Source of the DNA: Octopus vulgaris
Taxonomy: Eukaryota
Length of the DNA stretch: 64,000 nucleotides
Direction: 5' to 3'
Assembly: GCA_951406725.2 (NCBI GenBank)
Contig: OX597843.1
Location: forward strand, 19,964,001-20,028,000
Shown here: in pieces, positions 17,102-30,221 of the stretch
Numbering within the stretch: position 1 is the stretch's first letter
Layout: each line of letters starts with the position of its first letter
Notes under the pieces: model-generated
Seen by the model: only the letters and a program-made list of their open reading frames with translations
Databases searched by the model: none
Told to the model about the DNA's origin: nothing
Program-made: the position numbers and the translations under genes

Positions 17102-17152
17102 GGCTTCCTGAAGATTTCTCTTGAATGAAACAGTTCTAGTCCTGTAGAAGCT
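17102..17152 (+). ncRNA. Type I hammerhead ribozyme
   Basis: Stem I ggcttc/gaagct, CUGAAGA 17108-17114, stem II ttc/gaa closed by U-U, GAAA 17127-17130, stem III cag/ctg, GUA site (cut after 17146); AATAAA downstream. Confidence 0.75.
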
Positions 17153-17164
17153 CCTTCTATATAA

Positions 17165-17251
<87 letters not shown>

Positions 17252-17399
17252 ATGTATGTATGTATGTATGTATGTATGTATGTATGTATGTATATATGAG
17301 GAGCAAAACTATATAAAAATTTGTTGTTCACAATGAACCTAAATTGGATTTTTTTAAAAATAACCTTATTTGAATTGTTTTTAAATAACCTTATTTTAC

Positions 17400-18890
17400 A
17401 CCAAACTAGTTCCAACAATATTTTGGGTTTATCAATGGTAAAAATTTTAAATAATGAACTAGAATAACATGTTTCAATGTTTACAAGTTTCAGTAATATG
17501 AAATATGATTTAAATATTCATAACATTCACTAATGTAAAAGATGTGGAATATTTTGTTTAAAAGCATAAAATTCAAAATATCGATAAGAAATGTGGATCA
17601 TCAGAGTTTTGGTCATACAGGGTAAAGAAGGAGAAAAACAAGGGAGTAATTGAGATAGTGGAAAAAGGGAAATCTTTGAGCACCGTCCCTGTGAATCATT
17701 TTCCGTCGTGTACAAGGACTCTTGCTTGCAACGTTTTTTGAAATTTGATGTGTTTACAATTTTTTCCGTGAACCGATCTGATATTTGATCCATTAAATTA
17801 CAGGTGGCGTCTAATTTTTCTGGTGGACAAGGTAGTCGTTCTGCCTGATGGGCTTCCCTGTGGGGGACGGTCATCAGCCATTCCAGTTGGCTGATTCTCT
17901 TAAACCGTCATTTTGTTGTGTTTGCTCAAGTTCGGTTCTGATCAGATATAAAATTTCAATGATTTATGTGACATTAGCAACTGGTGTTTATATGGTGTTA
18001 TTGTATGGCGATTTGGATTTGCTATTTCGAAACCCGCGTTGAAGACTGTTACTAAAGATTTTTGAATTATGTCTGTTGTATCTCGGGTTTTTATTGTGGA
18101 AAAATGGTTTCTTTTTCCTTTTTCTGTTTAGTGTTTAAACAGAGGTGAATAAGAGAGAATGATTTAAACGATATTCTTTATTCTATAACATTACCATTGT
18201 ATATTGTTCAGATGATATAATTAATATATAGCGCATGGATCAGTGGTTAGAGCGTGGATCTTACAATCGTGAGGTTTTGAGTTCGAATCCCAGCCCGGGT
18301 TGTGTGTTGTGTTCTTGAACAAGACCCTTTATTTCGCGTTGCTCCAGTTCACTCAGCTGTACAAATGAATTGCAACGTCACAGGTTCCAAGCTGTATCGG
18401 CCGTTGCCTTTCCCTTAGATAGAGAGGGGAGGCCGGTATGCATGGGCGACTGCTGGTCTTCCATAAACAACCTTGCCGGACGTGTGCCTGGGAGGGTAAA
18501 TTTCTAGGTGCAATCCCACGGTCAGTCATGTCCGACGGGGCTCTCAGCTCAATCCTTACCATCTATCGTAGGTGTGAAATATGCTTTTAGGTGAGTATTT
18601 CAAAAAGTTCTCCGTTAGATCATACTATCATTTCACAGACACGTGTTCCACCTTTGATGAATGGCAGTGATCACACAAGATATTAACCATATCATCTCAT
18701 CAATGAACTACGGGTGTGATGTTTTCACACAATTGCAGGGATATGGAATAAAGAATGTCGTTGAAACCATTCGCTTATTCCTCATCAGCTATGTATGTAT
18801 GTATGTATGTATGTATCTATGTACGTATACGTATGTATGTACGTATGTATGTACGTATATACCATTATTTCCTCTTTTACTTGTTTCAGT
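17400..18890. repeat. Diverged duplicated segment, copy B (interrupted by a SINE)
   Basis: Colinear with 1103-2240, including the flanking (TATG)n and ctttttacttgt SINE tail. Confidence 0.85.
18230..18542 (+). mobile_element. tRNA-derived CORE-type SINE
   Basis: A box tggatcagtggttagagc, B box gagttcgaatccc, CORE-like tgtgttcttgaacaagac..gctccagttcactcagctgt; second copy 62997-63325 (-). Confidence 0.85.
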
Positions 18891-19065
18891 AAGTTGACAA
18901 CAGGAGAATCACCTTGAAGTATGTAACTCGAACGAATCGAGATCACTAACTATTCTTTTAAACCCTGGTACTTACCCTGTCGGCCGCTTATGCGAAATCG
19001 CTAACTGACGTGGAATTAAACGCACTAACATAGGTTGTGAAGAAGTAGAGAGTACAAACATAGTC
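18874..19065 (-). mobile_element. SINE 3' portion, diverged
   Basis: Reverse-complement similarity to 675-905 (cttttacttgtttcagt). Confidence 0.55.
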
Positions 19066-19264
19066 ACTCACACACGTACCTTTCTTCTCCAATTTCATGA
19101 GAGTTGACCACGTGCTTTTCAGCTTTTCATGGAAACAGTCGAATTGAAGTGTTTTGATTTTGTCGAGTCATATCGAAGGAATGCCATATCGTTTATAAAT
19201 TTTTTTTTTTACATATATACATATTTTATGGATGTAGTGGTTTCCAACGATTAATCGCTAATTA

Positions 19265-20115
19265 CATTGTGACAAGGGGGTTTCGCCAATTCAGAGGCTT
19301 GAAAAATAAGAATGAGTCTAGAGAGTTGAACAAGGGAGGTAACAAGTGGCAAGGGAGACAACTAACTCCTCTGTATAACTTTTGAAATGGTCAAGTTTGT
19401 GTATTACTGTGTTGCCTGGACTTTTGTATGAACAGGTTTTCCTTATTTAGCCATTCTTGTAAGGAGATTAGAAACTTTGCATTGGTATAATGGAAAGATA
19501 TGGAAATTCGGCGTTTTATTTCTTGCGCATCTGTGGATATGTTCGCTCAGGGCTATACACTTGCATTGATGAAAACTAATCTGTTCTTTATGTAGCGTGA
19601 CCCTTCGTCTCAAAGTAAGGCTCGTTTGGCCCACATAATTGTGGCCACAACCTGAGCAGGTTAGGACCTATATGAACTTTCGCTCCAATACTTTGGAACC
19701 CCATTCCACCAGTATATAAGAGAAAATTTGAAAAGGTACCTAGACGATTTCCCCAATACAGGCAGATAGCCCTGGCCGAACATATCGACAGATGCGCAAG
19801 AAATAAAACTCCAAATTTCCATATCATTCCATTATACCAGTGCAAAGATTCAATCTCCTTACAAGAATGGATAAACAAGAAAACATGTTCTACAAAAGTA
19901 CAGATAACTCGTTACCTACAAACTTGACCACTTCAAAAGTTATACTGAGGTGTTAGTTGTCCCCCTTGCCAGTTGTTACCTCCCTTGGTCCATTCTCTAA
20001 AATCATTCATATTTTTCAATTATCCAGAATGGCAAGACCCCTTTGTCACAAGAATTGATTACTTCACAGTGTTCCTTGAAAAGCTAATTTAAATAGCGAA
20101 AACGGTTGAATATAA
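19265..20115. mobile_element. Inverted pair of PLE GIY-YIG/3' fragments
   Basis: Minus strand CSGCGHNYVGQTSLTLRRRVTLH..EHIHRC; 19267-19590 is a diverged reverse complement of 19745-20052; eroded hammerhead-like motif 20068-20113. Confidence 0.75.
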
Positions 20116-21499
20116 AAATGTATTAATTTATGTGAAACCAAGGCATTTCTCTTCCACTTTTTATATATGTTTTCCATCTATTTTCAACTCATAATTTTGC
20201 CACGTGATGTATACTGAATCTTCAGTGTTTTTGCTCCTTTTATATATTTTAGTATATGACTTGATCAAAGTAATAACGTCTCTCATTTTAGGAACTGATC
20301 CCGGGATATTATGATCATCAGCTGAACATCCAAACATGTATGTCATATATCTTCATACACACTCCACCACACAATCTTTTTGAGATACTCCGAGCAGAAA
20401 CTGAAATCAAATCCTCATATGCAACAACAAGCTATAGAAGAGTACCTCTCTATTAAAGCATAAATCCTGTTTTATGCCATGGATGGGAACCTGTACAGTC
20501 AAATTATCTCAGATAAGCTTAAACAAGGAAAACATAATTTAAATTTTAATCTATTGGGTGATGCCAAATTCTCAGAAGTGGGACAAGAGACTGTAAAAGA
20601 TTACTTCCTCGTGGATTGCACAGCCCAACTGGTATTTTGTTGAATTCAAATGTGGAATCCATCTTTTAGGATTACGTCTAGATTTCAAGATACCCAAACC
20701 TCACAATTTTCACTATTTTCCTCATATTTCAGGTAAATATATTGTAAAATTTAGCACCAATGCCTATGGATTATTTTGTTAAAGATCCGGGGTACACATC
20801 GGGCAATGAAATAATGGCCGCGGTGAGCATTAGTTCCAGAGTCACTAAATTTGAATGAATAGACTTTAGTTCAGCCAGAAAAAAAAATCATCCAAATTCC
20901 ACTTCTTATCAAAGCAGATTAGAATTGCATATGGTTGCGGGTTTTTGAGGTTCAGCACTAATGACAATCATCCAAACGCAAACTCATGAAAAATAAGGCA
21001 TGAATAGTGGCGTGAATTGTCTGTAGAAATTTAGAGATATTTGCTAGTTTTACAGTAGAATTTCAAAAATCCTTCTAGTTTTGAAGACAATACAATTTCC
21101 ATGTATATTAAGTACGTTCCTCATAAGGTGGTTTATGGAAATAAGCACAAAACAAAACAAAGAAATTCTGTGGATGTAATATCTTATAATCCTGACATGA
21201 TCGTATTAAATCGAGGTCCTTTTCGGATTCTGTGCGTCAAAAGACTCCCAGTTCATCTCCAGTTATTTCGTTGGCCTGGCAAGATTTCCAAACTATTATC
21301 TTGAATAAAGTTCAACTTATTTATACACCAATAATATACAAATCTTTGAATTGTGACAGCCATAAAAATTTCATATTTACTTTTGATTAGGAGGAAAGGC
21401 ACCCTTCAAGAGGCCGAATCTAGTCAGGAGAAAAGATAGTATTTTTTTACTAAGGACCTGATCAGAATGTTTAAGATAATATGGACTTAACTAAATGCA

Positions 21500-22200
21500 C
21501 TCAAAGTACCAGGTGGTGGATTTCAACCGAGATGTGGTTTAAGATTACCATTCAAAGAGGCCATTATAATAGAGACATTAGAGACCGAGAAAGGATAAAT
21601 AATACCCGTGGGCCTGGTGTTGAAATACGGCCATTAGAAAAGGACTGAAAATTAGCCAAGTGTTCCTCTCAGTGTTACTTGAAACATTAGCCATGGCTCA
21701 CTTGTCATTGAAAATGCTGGGCATTATTACTTACAAGGATCTTTAGCCAAAAGATATCTCAGTCCAAAACTACTGCTAACCGTTTACAATGCTCACATGA
21801 TGCCCACAATAAAGAAGTCTTTCTACATGTAGGACGGCGTTACGCATAGACATCTGGGATTACATCTACAGAAGGTCAACGTGGCTATATGGTACTGTAT
21901 CCCTAATAGATTCGCTCAAATATCTCTTTTACAGACGGGATGTCTTCTCTCTGCGCATCTTGTCTGCCACTGTTATATTATGGACTCTTCTTTTAGGACC
22001 TGAATAACCTTTTGTCCCCAACAATCAGATACTACAGACTCAGTCGTCTATGCCTTTGCATCTCGCCCTTAAACCTCATTACGTTTCCAGTACTAACCAC
22101 TATGCTAAATACTTCATCCCCTTGGCAGTAGCCCTCTCCATCATTCCTGCAAATGTTGACCTGCAGCAGCTTAAGTGGAGTATTAATGGTATCTATCTCA
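21500..22200 (+). mobile_element. Highly decayed LINE RT C-terminal remnant (CR1/Jockey-like)
   Basis: AKRYLSPKLLLTVYNAHMMP near 21747-21806 resembles the LINE RT thumb region. Confidence 0.4.
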
Positions 22201-23517
22201 CCCGTATTGGAGATCTGGCAGGGGTTATAGAATCTGTCAGATCCTTTCTCTAAAATCGGAAAAATAAAACGTGTGAGATTTTAACTCAAATGACAAGCAA
22301 CTGGACAAAATACTGCAAGGTGTTTTTTTGCGACGTCCTTATAATTGCATTAATTTATTCTTTTGTTATGGTTCTATATTGATCTCGGAAATGTATGAGG
22401 TAAGGTTGACCCCGGTGAGATTTGAAGTTAGGTTGCCGAGTGTCAGAACAAATACTGCAAAATATTCTATTCGATGGTCAAAAGATTTCATTCAATTCGC
22501 GCTCAAATTATGAATGATGAAAATATCTAACCTATGAAATAGAACATTGACTTTGCTATTCAACATCTTGAGACATACAAGCGGTTGGTCAAACTTTTCC
22601 AAATTTGTTGAGAAATAGATCTGATCGAATTAATCAATCCAATTTAGTATTGGAATATTCGATCAAAACTGGAAGTTTAAAGTGATTAATGTAATGATGC
22701 AAGCCATTTAATTGGAAATAACCACCCAGAACATAGATTATTTGTTAAGGCTGTAATGGGCATCTAATAATAATTCTGCTTCTTCCTCCGTCAGTTATTT
22801 ACTTAGTGCGTCTGTAACACTGTCAGGAGATGAGTTGAAGGAAAAGGCAAAGAGCAAGAGAAAATGAGGGAGAAAGAAGTAGAAGGAAAAAGTGTGTAAG
22901 GTGAAGAGCGAGAGAAAAACACGGTGAAAGACTGAGAGGGAGAGAGAAACAGAGATCGAGAGAAAAATAAGAAAGAAAATGGGGAAAGAGAATGACATAC
23001 GGTAGGGGTAACGTAGTGTAGTGTAGCAAGTCATAAACCTTTATCGGCGGTAATCTGATGTTGTGGTCATGTTGGCCGAATAGGTATGATTGTTAGTTTC
23101 CCATTGGTTAAAATTACTGCCTATATTTGAATTCTAACTTTCACGAAATACGGCTCTTTAGAATTCAGGTATGAGCAGTTATAAAAACCCTGATTTGGGG
23201 GAAATTAATCAGTGTTCGTTGGTTCTCACTCAATCCCAAGACACTCACTCGCTTGAGATATTGGCTATTGCCATATCAAGTCTTTTATCTAATTCAACAA
23301 GGCTATTTTGAATTGTTGTTTAAAACACTTGTAGCTTAGGTACGGAAGAATTAGTTAATATAAATTTTATGTCGTAACTCTCTACGACAATCTTCTTTTG
23401 ACTTTTAAAAATGCACTGTAAATATTAAATGTGCGTAAATAAACTAATTTAGTAAATCATTTCTTTTTCTTTGTTTTCTTCAACCTGTTGAGGAAGTTTA
23501 ATCTGTAACTATGAAAA

Positions 23518-24922
23518 TGTTATTATAGCAGAGAAAAAGAGCAAACTTTATTATCCTCAACATACATGCACGTTCAGCGTTTGGTGTGTATAATTCACCA
23601 CAGTGTTTACGCAACCTGAGTTAAGATTTATGTATGGTGATAAATACTTATAATTAAGTTATAAGTCACGGGTTTATCACCATAGATGCCTACTCAAGAC
23701 ACTGATATATTTATTATTTCTTCCAAGTCAAAACCGTTATAAATTGGTGACACTTGTGAAAAATATATATAATTTTATATAGAATATATTTGACCTTTTC
23801 ATTATACAAAATTTTATCAACGGAAATATTTGATATTAAAGGTTGAAGGAAGAAGAACGCTGAAGAAATAAAACAATAATATTCTTTAAAAGGTGTAACT
23901 GTACTTTCTAGCAAGCTTAAGTCAAAAGTTTTCTTCATGGAAATTTTAATACATTCGAATGGAAGAAACTATTAAAGAGTTTGAAGTGTCTTATTTCGAT
24001 AGAGGATATATGCAAGCGTCTGTGACAGTTTTGCCTCCCCCTTGGAAGGTGACACCATTATCTGGTTTGCTCAATTAGAAGCAAGTTTTGCAGCAAACAA
24101 AATAACAACAGACGCACAAAAGTATAACATTATGTTAAGCAACTTACCACCACCTCTCAGCAATGAAATTAGAGACTTATTAATAGATCCTAACGAACCA
24201 TTTTCGTATTCCTCCGTAAAGGAAGAGATACCAAAGAGGACTTCCAACTCCAAGCAAAAAGAATTCGCTAAATTCTTCAATAACCAACAACTAGATGGCA
24301 GAAAACCTACTCAACTTCTTCGAAGAATGAAAGAACTTCTCGGAAATCAACAGATAGAAGAATTTTATTTTAAAGAAGTTTTCTTTGGCAAGTTGCCTCA
24401 TAGCACTCAAACTCTACTTTCAGCAGTGAAAGTGCAAAACTCTCTCAAACAATTAGCAAATTTGGCAGATGGTATATTGGAATTATCATCTAGAGAGTCT
24501 GTTAATGCCTTACCAACTATTTTTTCAGAATTACAGATGAAAAAACTTATGAAAAGCAATTAAAATTAACAGACAAAATTAAAAGTCTTCAACGTCGAAG
24601 AGATAAGCGTTCTCATAACAAATAATACAAGATGGCGTGGACGATCGAAAAGTCCCAGAAGAAACGCTATATTCTGGTACCATTCAAAATTGGGTGACAA
24701 ATCTTATCGTTGTATTAAACCATGCTCATTTGATTTTCTAAACAAAAAATGTCGGGAAACCTCTCAACCAGAGATTAGACGCAGCCTAAGTTATGATTTA
24801 TGTATCGTGATAAATGCTTATGATTAAGTTATAAGTGACGGGTTTATCACCATAGATGCCTACTCAAGACACTGATATATTTATTATCTATTCCAAGTCA
24901 AGGCCGTTATAAATTGGTGACC
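23518..24922 (+). mobile_element. Gypsy LTR retrotransposon remnant: LTR-PBS-gag-partial LTR-PBS, pol absent
   Basis: ~140-bp direct repeats 23610-23750/24780-24921, each ending ttggtgac; gag WFAQLEASF..DGRKPTQLLRRM (24042-24563); WYH..C..PC knuckle then gggaaac slippery site near 24754. Confidence 0.8.
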
Positions 24923-25056
24923 CACCGTTATAGTAGTATTTATTAGGTGGTTAAAACGTTAGTTCAAGGTTGTGATATATTGTGATATAATTGAACTTAA
25001 GTTTTTTTTTTATATCACTTATAGATATATAATTATTAAAGAGGACAACAAACGTT

Positions 25057-27590
25057 AGTGTTTCCCAAACTTTTCGCACCAAATTACAATATCGCCCACC
25101 TATCAGCCAAAACATGTTCCATCGCCCACCTGTGTAAAAAAAAACCGTGACACAACCCCAACACAAAATTCCCTATGACCTCCTCTGCCGGTATCATTTG
25201 ACACACACATTATATCGTAGACCTGTTGCCCGGTTTGTGCTGTTTGGACTAAATATGCGGTTGTTTACAAATCCTTTATTGGGGTTTAGTTTTGCCATTA
25301 GTGTAAATAAAATTCTAGCGTTGACTTATATTATGCAGACAGATTAACTTCTGGAAAGTTGCGCCTTTCTTTTACACTGATTTTAATTTTCCCCAAATGA
25401 ACCAGTGATCAGAACTACCGATGCAAAAATAATTAATGGTTGTATTATAAAGGAAAATAATAAAACTTTTTTAACGAGAACCATGGGTCTGGTGCAATGC
25501 AGCTAGTGCAGATACATTCGGTTTCAAACTTGTCAACTTTAGCCGCAAGTTTCTTCATTGTATCACATCCAGTCCAATTTTTATACGGGAAAATAAAGTT
25601 CCAACATGGTTAAAACCAGATTCAACCATGTATGTGGTAAGGGATGGAAAGCAAAAGCAATTTCAGATGTTTCCACAGATTGGGGTCGGAATTCGATATA
25701 CTCTGATGGTACCACAAACCTTCTTTGACATAGTGTCATTGCCATTTTTTAATTCTATAAATTCCTCCTGAATTTCATCCTCGCAATCGACTGCATCGAT
25801 CTCAAACGGATTGCTATACCAATTTGGAATATTCAGCGCAATAACATCTTGAAATCGCTTCACCATGTTATCGTGCAATGATTGTAAATAGTTGTGATAT
25901 GTAGTTAAAACCTCATCGATCAATTCATCTTTCAAAGAATCAAGTTGTGGAAATTGATGTAATTGACGTTTTGAAATGTTAGTCTTAAACAACACCAATT
26001 TCAATGAAGCGGATAGTGGAGTATTTTCAAAGAAAAAGATATATAAAACAGTTCAACAAAGTGTAAAGCAGTTTCCTTTTGACAGCCACCGCACTTCGGT
26101 ATGGTATAAGAGTTTAGTATGGTCCTCGTCATTTCTCAGACAGAGTTGACGGCAAATTAAATCAGACAAGAGACTGGACTTCAATTTGTTCACAGTCTTG
26201 ATAACTAACTCTAGCGCATCATTCAATCTTCTGTTCATATTTTTTTGCCACTAAATACTGCTGGTGTGCCAAGTAATGAACAGTTAGTATCTGGTGGGAA
26301 ATTTCACGCTTTAGCAGACATGATAAACCTCTGTATCTTCCTATCATTGAAGGTGCTTCATCAGACGCACAGTCAAGAATATTTTCGTGCATAACGATCG
26401 GCAATACCTCTTCGATAACTGGGGGCGAAATATTGTTTCTCCAATTGTGGGAGACGTCTCAGACTTAGCAACAAGCAATGCATTGCTGTACGATGCAATC
26501 AACCCGTCATTCTCCTGTTTACTAGTTTCCTGGAGTAGCGTGTTGAATGTTTGTATCTGCTTTTTGAAAGAAGAGCTCAGTTACAAAATGTATGATAACG
26601 GCTCATCTTTCTTGTCAGAATGCTTTGCATCAAAGTGACATTTCAAGCATGAAGGCTTCATTGCTTCGTTGGTCAATGTTTGATGGCAAAGAAGGCACAT
26701 TGGTGACTGACAGTTCTGAGGAGAGGAAATAAATCCAAATGATAAATAATCGCTACTGTACTGTCGACAAGTTTCCTTGACTGGAGGCATCAATAAAGTT
26801 AAAATGTCAAAAAGAATTTTTATAGACGGCATCAGAAAGCCAGTATGGTAATCCCAAAGGGAAGAAGAAGTCAGTAGAGCAGAGTCAGATGACACAACTG
26901 TACTGGAGCAAATATGGATCTAGTTCGTTTGGCTGTCAGCATTTCAAAAGTGTATCAAACATTTTAGACTTTGGTACGTTAATATACCTTGCTGGAGTTA
27001 TTCAACTTTTTCCCGAAAAAAAGTTTTTACAAAGTTATAGAGGTTTAAAGTTTGATCATTTTCACCCAGTCAAGAAATATGATTTCAAAGCTGTCATTTT
27101 GTGCGTGACTGCACATTTTGTCAACATCCTGAAAATAGCACTTGTGCTTTGATATGAAACCCCAGAATTACGCACGACATATAACCCCTCCTAACTTTTT
27201 TATTTTTCGGAATTTTCTGAAAATCCTTGTGAATTTGAATTCTACACACGGGCCCTCATACGATTATACAAAAAATTGTAGTGAAGTGTGATTTAAGGCC
27301 TAAGCCTATTTGGCTGTTATTTTTAGCACGCATGACAATCATCCCAATGACTGCGACAAAAATATTCGATCGATAAACAAGTGCGCTTTTTTAATATAAA
27401 GGACGTCTCATGCGAGTAATCAAATCGATAAAAGTGCATCCTTGTTCTAGGCATGCCTAGATATCAGTAAATGCAGACTTAATTTCTAAAAATACATTGT
27501 CACCCACAAAATGTTCATGTCACCCACTAAAATCTCAAATCGCCCACCATTTTCTAGAAAAGCGCCCATCGTCCACTCTTTGAAGTTATG
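25057..27590 (-). mobile_element. hAT Charlie/Buster-type DNA transposon, decayed transposase
   Basis: RQYSSDYLSFGF..PMCLLC..NEAMKPS, SDEAPSMIG, HTEVRWLSKG, TTYMVESGF; TIR-like tagtgtttcccaaac at 25057. Confidence 0.85.
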
Positions 27591-27692
27591 CGTTAGGGCA
27601 ATACAAATATCTCAAGTCATATACGCTATTATTATTAGAAACTTTCAGTCTTACAGCTGTTTCCGGAATGTCCCAAAATATGGGACGTTCCG

Positions 27693-27764
<72 letters not shown>

Positions 27765-27813
27765 ATATATATATATATATATGTATATGCATGTATGTAT
27801 ATGTATGTATATG

Positions 27814-27857
<44 letters not shown>

Positions 27858-28062
27858 TACATATATATATATATATGTGTGTGTTTGTATATATATATTT
27901 ATATAAATATATATATATACATATATGAATGTATGTATATGTATATATATATTGTGCTTAAAGCTATAACATCAACTACATAAGCGTTCAGTTGAAAACA
28001 TAATCAAAAAGTAATTTAAAACATTGGATGTGGAAAATACGCAGAAAGTGTCAAGTACTTAC

Positions 28063-28270
28063 AATTGTTCAACAGTCGTCGGAATCGGTTGTGGTATTGA
28101 TAGAAATCCGCGACTTGTACAGCTTACACTGCTAGGTAAATTGCAGGAACAAATATTGCATATATCTTCAACAGCATGAACCTCCAAAAACAATATCGTG
28201 TACAGCATCAACACGAAAGTTTGCTTATATGATACTATATAGTGAAACATGTTTTCAGGCATAGATTAAT
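28063..28270 (-). CDS. First coding exon of LRR protein (signal peptide + LRRNT)
   Basis: Acceptor ttctcttacag| at 28270, ATG 28262, hydrophobic FVLMLYTILFLEVHA, then CNICSCNLPSSVSCTSRGFLSIPQPIPTTVEQL, phase-2 donor |gtaagt compatible with 5178-5249. Confidence 0.85.
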
Positions 28271-28455
28271 CTGTAAGAGAAGAAAATAGAAAATATCTGA
28301 GACTTCAATGTTATTATCCTCACGCTGCAGATTCGTTTACAGAATTAAAGTTCACCCCTGTTCATTTTGACGAATATATCTTTATTTTCGTTATTTAATA
28401 CTTAAAGTTAGAAAACTAAATTTCGATAAATGAGTGTGAAGAATTTTATTATAGA

Positions 28456-29950
28456 CTAGCAGTATCGCCCGGCGTTGCTCGGGCTTGTTTCGACCCGCTG
28501 GAATTGTAATTTTGAAAAGTAAAAATTTTGTGAACATTTTTCTGGTCGAAATATACCGAAAAGTGGCGACACAGCAGTGAAAAAATCGTAAAAAATAGGG
28601 ATTTTCATAGAAAAAAGTAGCTTTATGATGGAAATAATTTTTGGTGTTAACATGGTCCGATTTGAATTTTATGTTCTACGGAAGGAAGAGCAACCCTTCT
28701 TCTATCATACTCTCAATTTTGGTCAACTTGCGCCGCAGGGTCTCGGAGGAGATAGTGTTAGTTGAAGGTTACCAAACGTGGCGCACACAGACAACTTCAG
28801 CTTTATATAGAGATAACACAAATACATTAATACACATACATAGACACACACACACATGTATGTATGGATGTATATATGTACATCTGTCCACTTCTTGCAA
28901 TATTCTTATCCTTCACTTCCTACACACACACATACACCTTATTAGCTTACAATTTCTTTCTGTCAACAATTGACAACAGAAGTACGCTCGCCAATTAATA
29001 CTACCAAAATTTAACGACAGAAAGTAAATTAAAAACCAATTTACCTTTTCTGTATTGTTATGGCAATCCGACCGTCGGTGTGTTTTTGCAAATGTGTTCG
29101 AATGAGAAGTGAGTTGTGTTTTGCGCCTTTTTTACTAATAACAAACACACACGTGTGTGTGTGTGTTTGAGTGTTTGTATGTAGTTGTTTGAAACGTTTG
29201 TGTTTGTCACTGTCATATATGTATGTGTATGCGTGTGTGTGAGGAATGGCAAACCAGATAGATAGCGCGCGAAGTTCTTTTGAAGTTCGCGCTCCGCTTG
29301 TGTGTGTGTGTGTGTGCGTGCTTTAGGTGTACGTAGGTATGTGTTTTTGTGTGTGTGTCACTGAAACCATACATACATATATACATACATAACCTCTCTC
29401 TCTCTCTTCTCTCTCAGCCACTCACTACAAAAAGTGAATAAAAAAGTTCAGTTATCTCTGTCTTTCACACATACACACACAGCACAACATTACTCTCTCT
29501 GTCTCTTTACACACACTAACAAAAGCACTTCACTTACACACCACACTTTCTGTGTCGCACACCCCATCAAACACACACACACACACACACTCACGCATGC
29601 ACACATGTACATCAATGCTTTCGGAGTGAAATGTTAAAATATTGAGTTTTCTCGAATTTTGTCTTAATTGGGGGTGATATTGAAAGAAATTTTGTATGAC
29701 ATGACCGAATGGAGTACTTGTAAAAACCATAGGTAAACTGTAACTGAAGAAATTGTGTGAGGAGTAAATCGTTATGTATTTATTTGTTTCTGTTTGCTGT
29801 GTTTTTTTTAGTAGTGGTTTAAGGTACACTTGCAAAGAGAAAGTATGAGAAATTAGGGTGATAAATACTTTCACTTTAATCGTTGCACACTTGCAAAGAG
29901 AAAGGAGGAGAAATTAGGGTGATAGCGTGAGTGAAGCAGATCGCTCCGTT

Positions 29951-29984
<34 letters not shown>

Positions 29985-30207
29985 CTGTAGCCCACACTAA
30001 GAAAAGCACTTCACTTACACACCACAATGTGAGTTTTCTCTAAATTTTGCTTAATTGGGGTTGAAATTTTAAAAACTGGACCTGGCACGACCCGATGTAT
30101 TCTACTCTTAAAAATGCTAGGTAAATTGTAATTGAAGAAATCCTATATTGTAGATTTCTATAAGAGACAAAGGGAGGCAGATAAAATCTGCCTTTTATAA
30201 TAAGAGA
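28456..30207 (-). mobile_element. Non-autonomous composite Helitron
   Basis: 3' hairpin cccgagcaacgccggg + CTAG at 28456 (minus); TC-type 5' ends at 28813 and 30207; same layout at 39092-40262. Confidence 0.75.
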
Positions 30208-30221
30208 TTAATGGGAGATAA

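Larger units (their letters stand above)
15553..17169. repeat. Fold-back element: ~400-bp inverted arms (15619-~16015 / ~16765-17169) around a CA/TG-rich spacer
   Basis: Unique parts of the arms read as exact reverse complements; (TA)n on both flanks. Confidence 0.9.

Noticed and set aside
18230-18300. tRNA gene (also 63255-63325)
   Set aside because: A/B boxes run on into a SINE body; no convincing acceptor stem.
25663-26895. Domesticated ZBED/SCAND-like gene
   Set aside because: Multiple frameshifts and stops; decayed hAT transposase.
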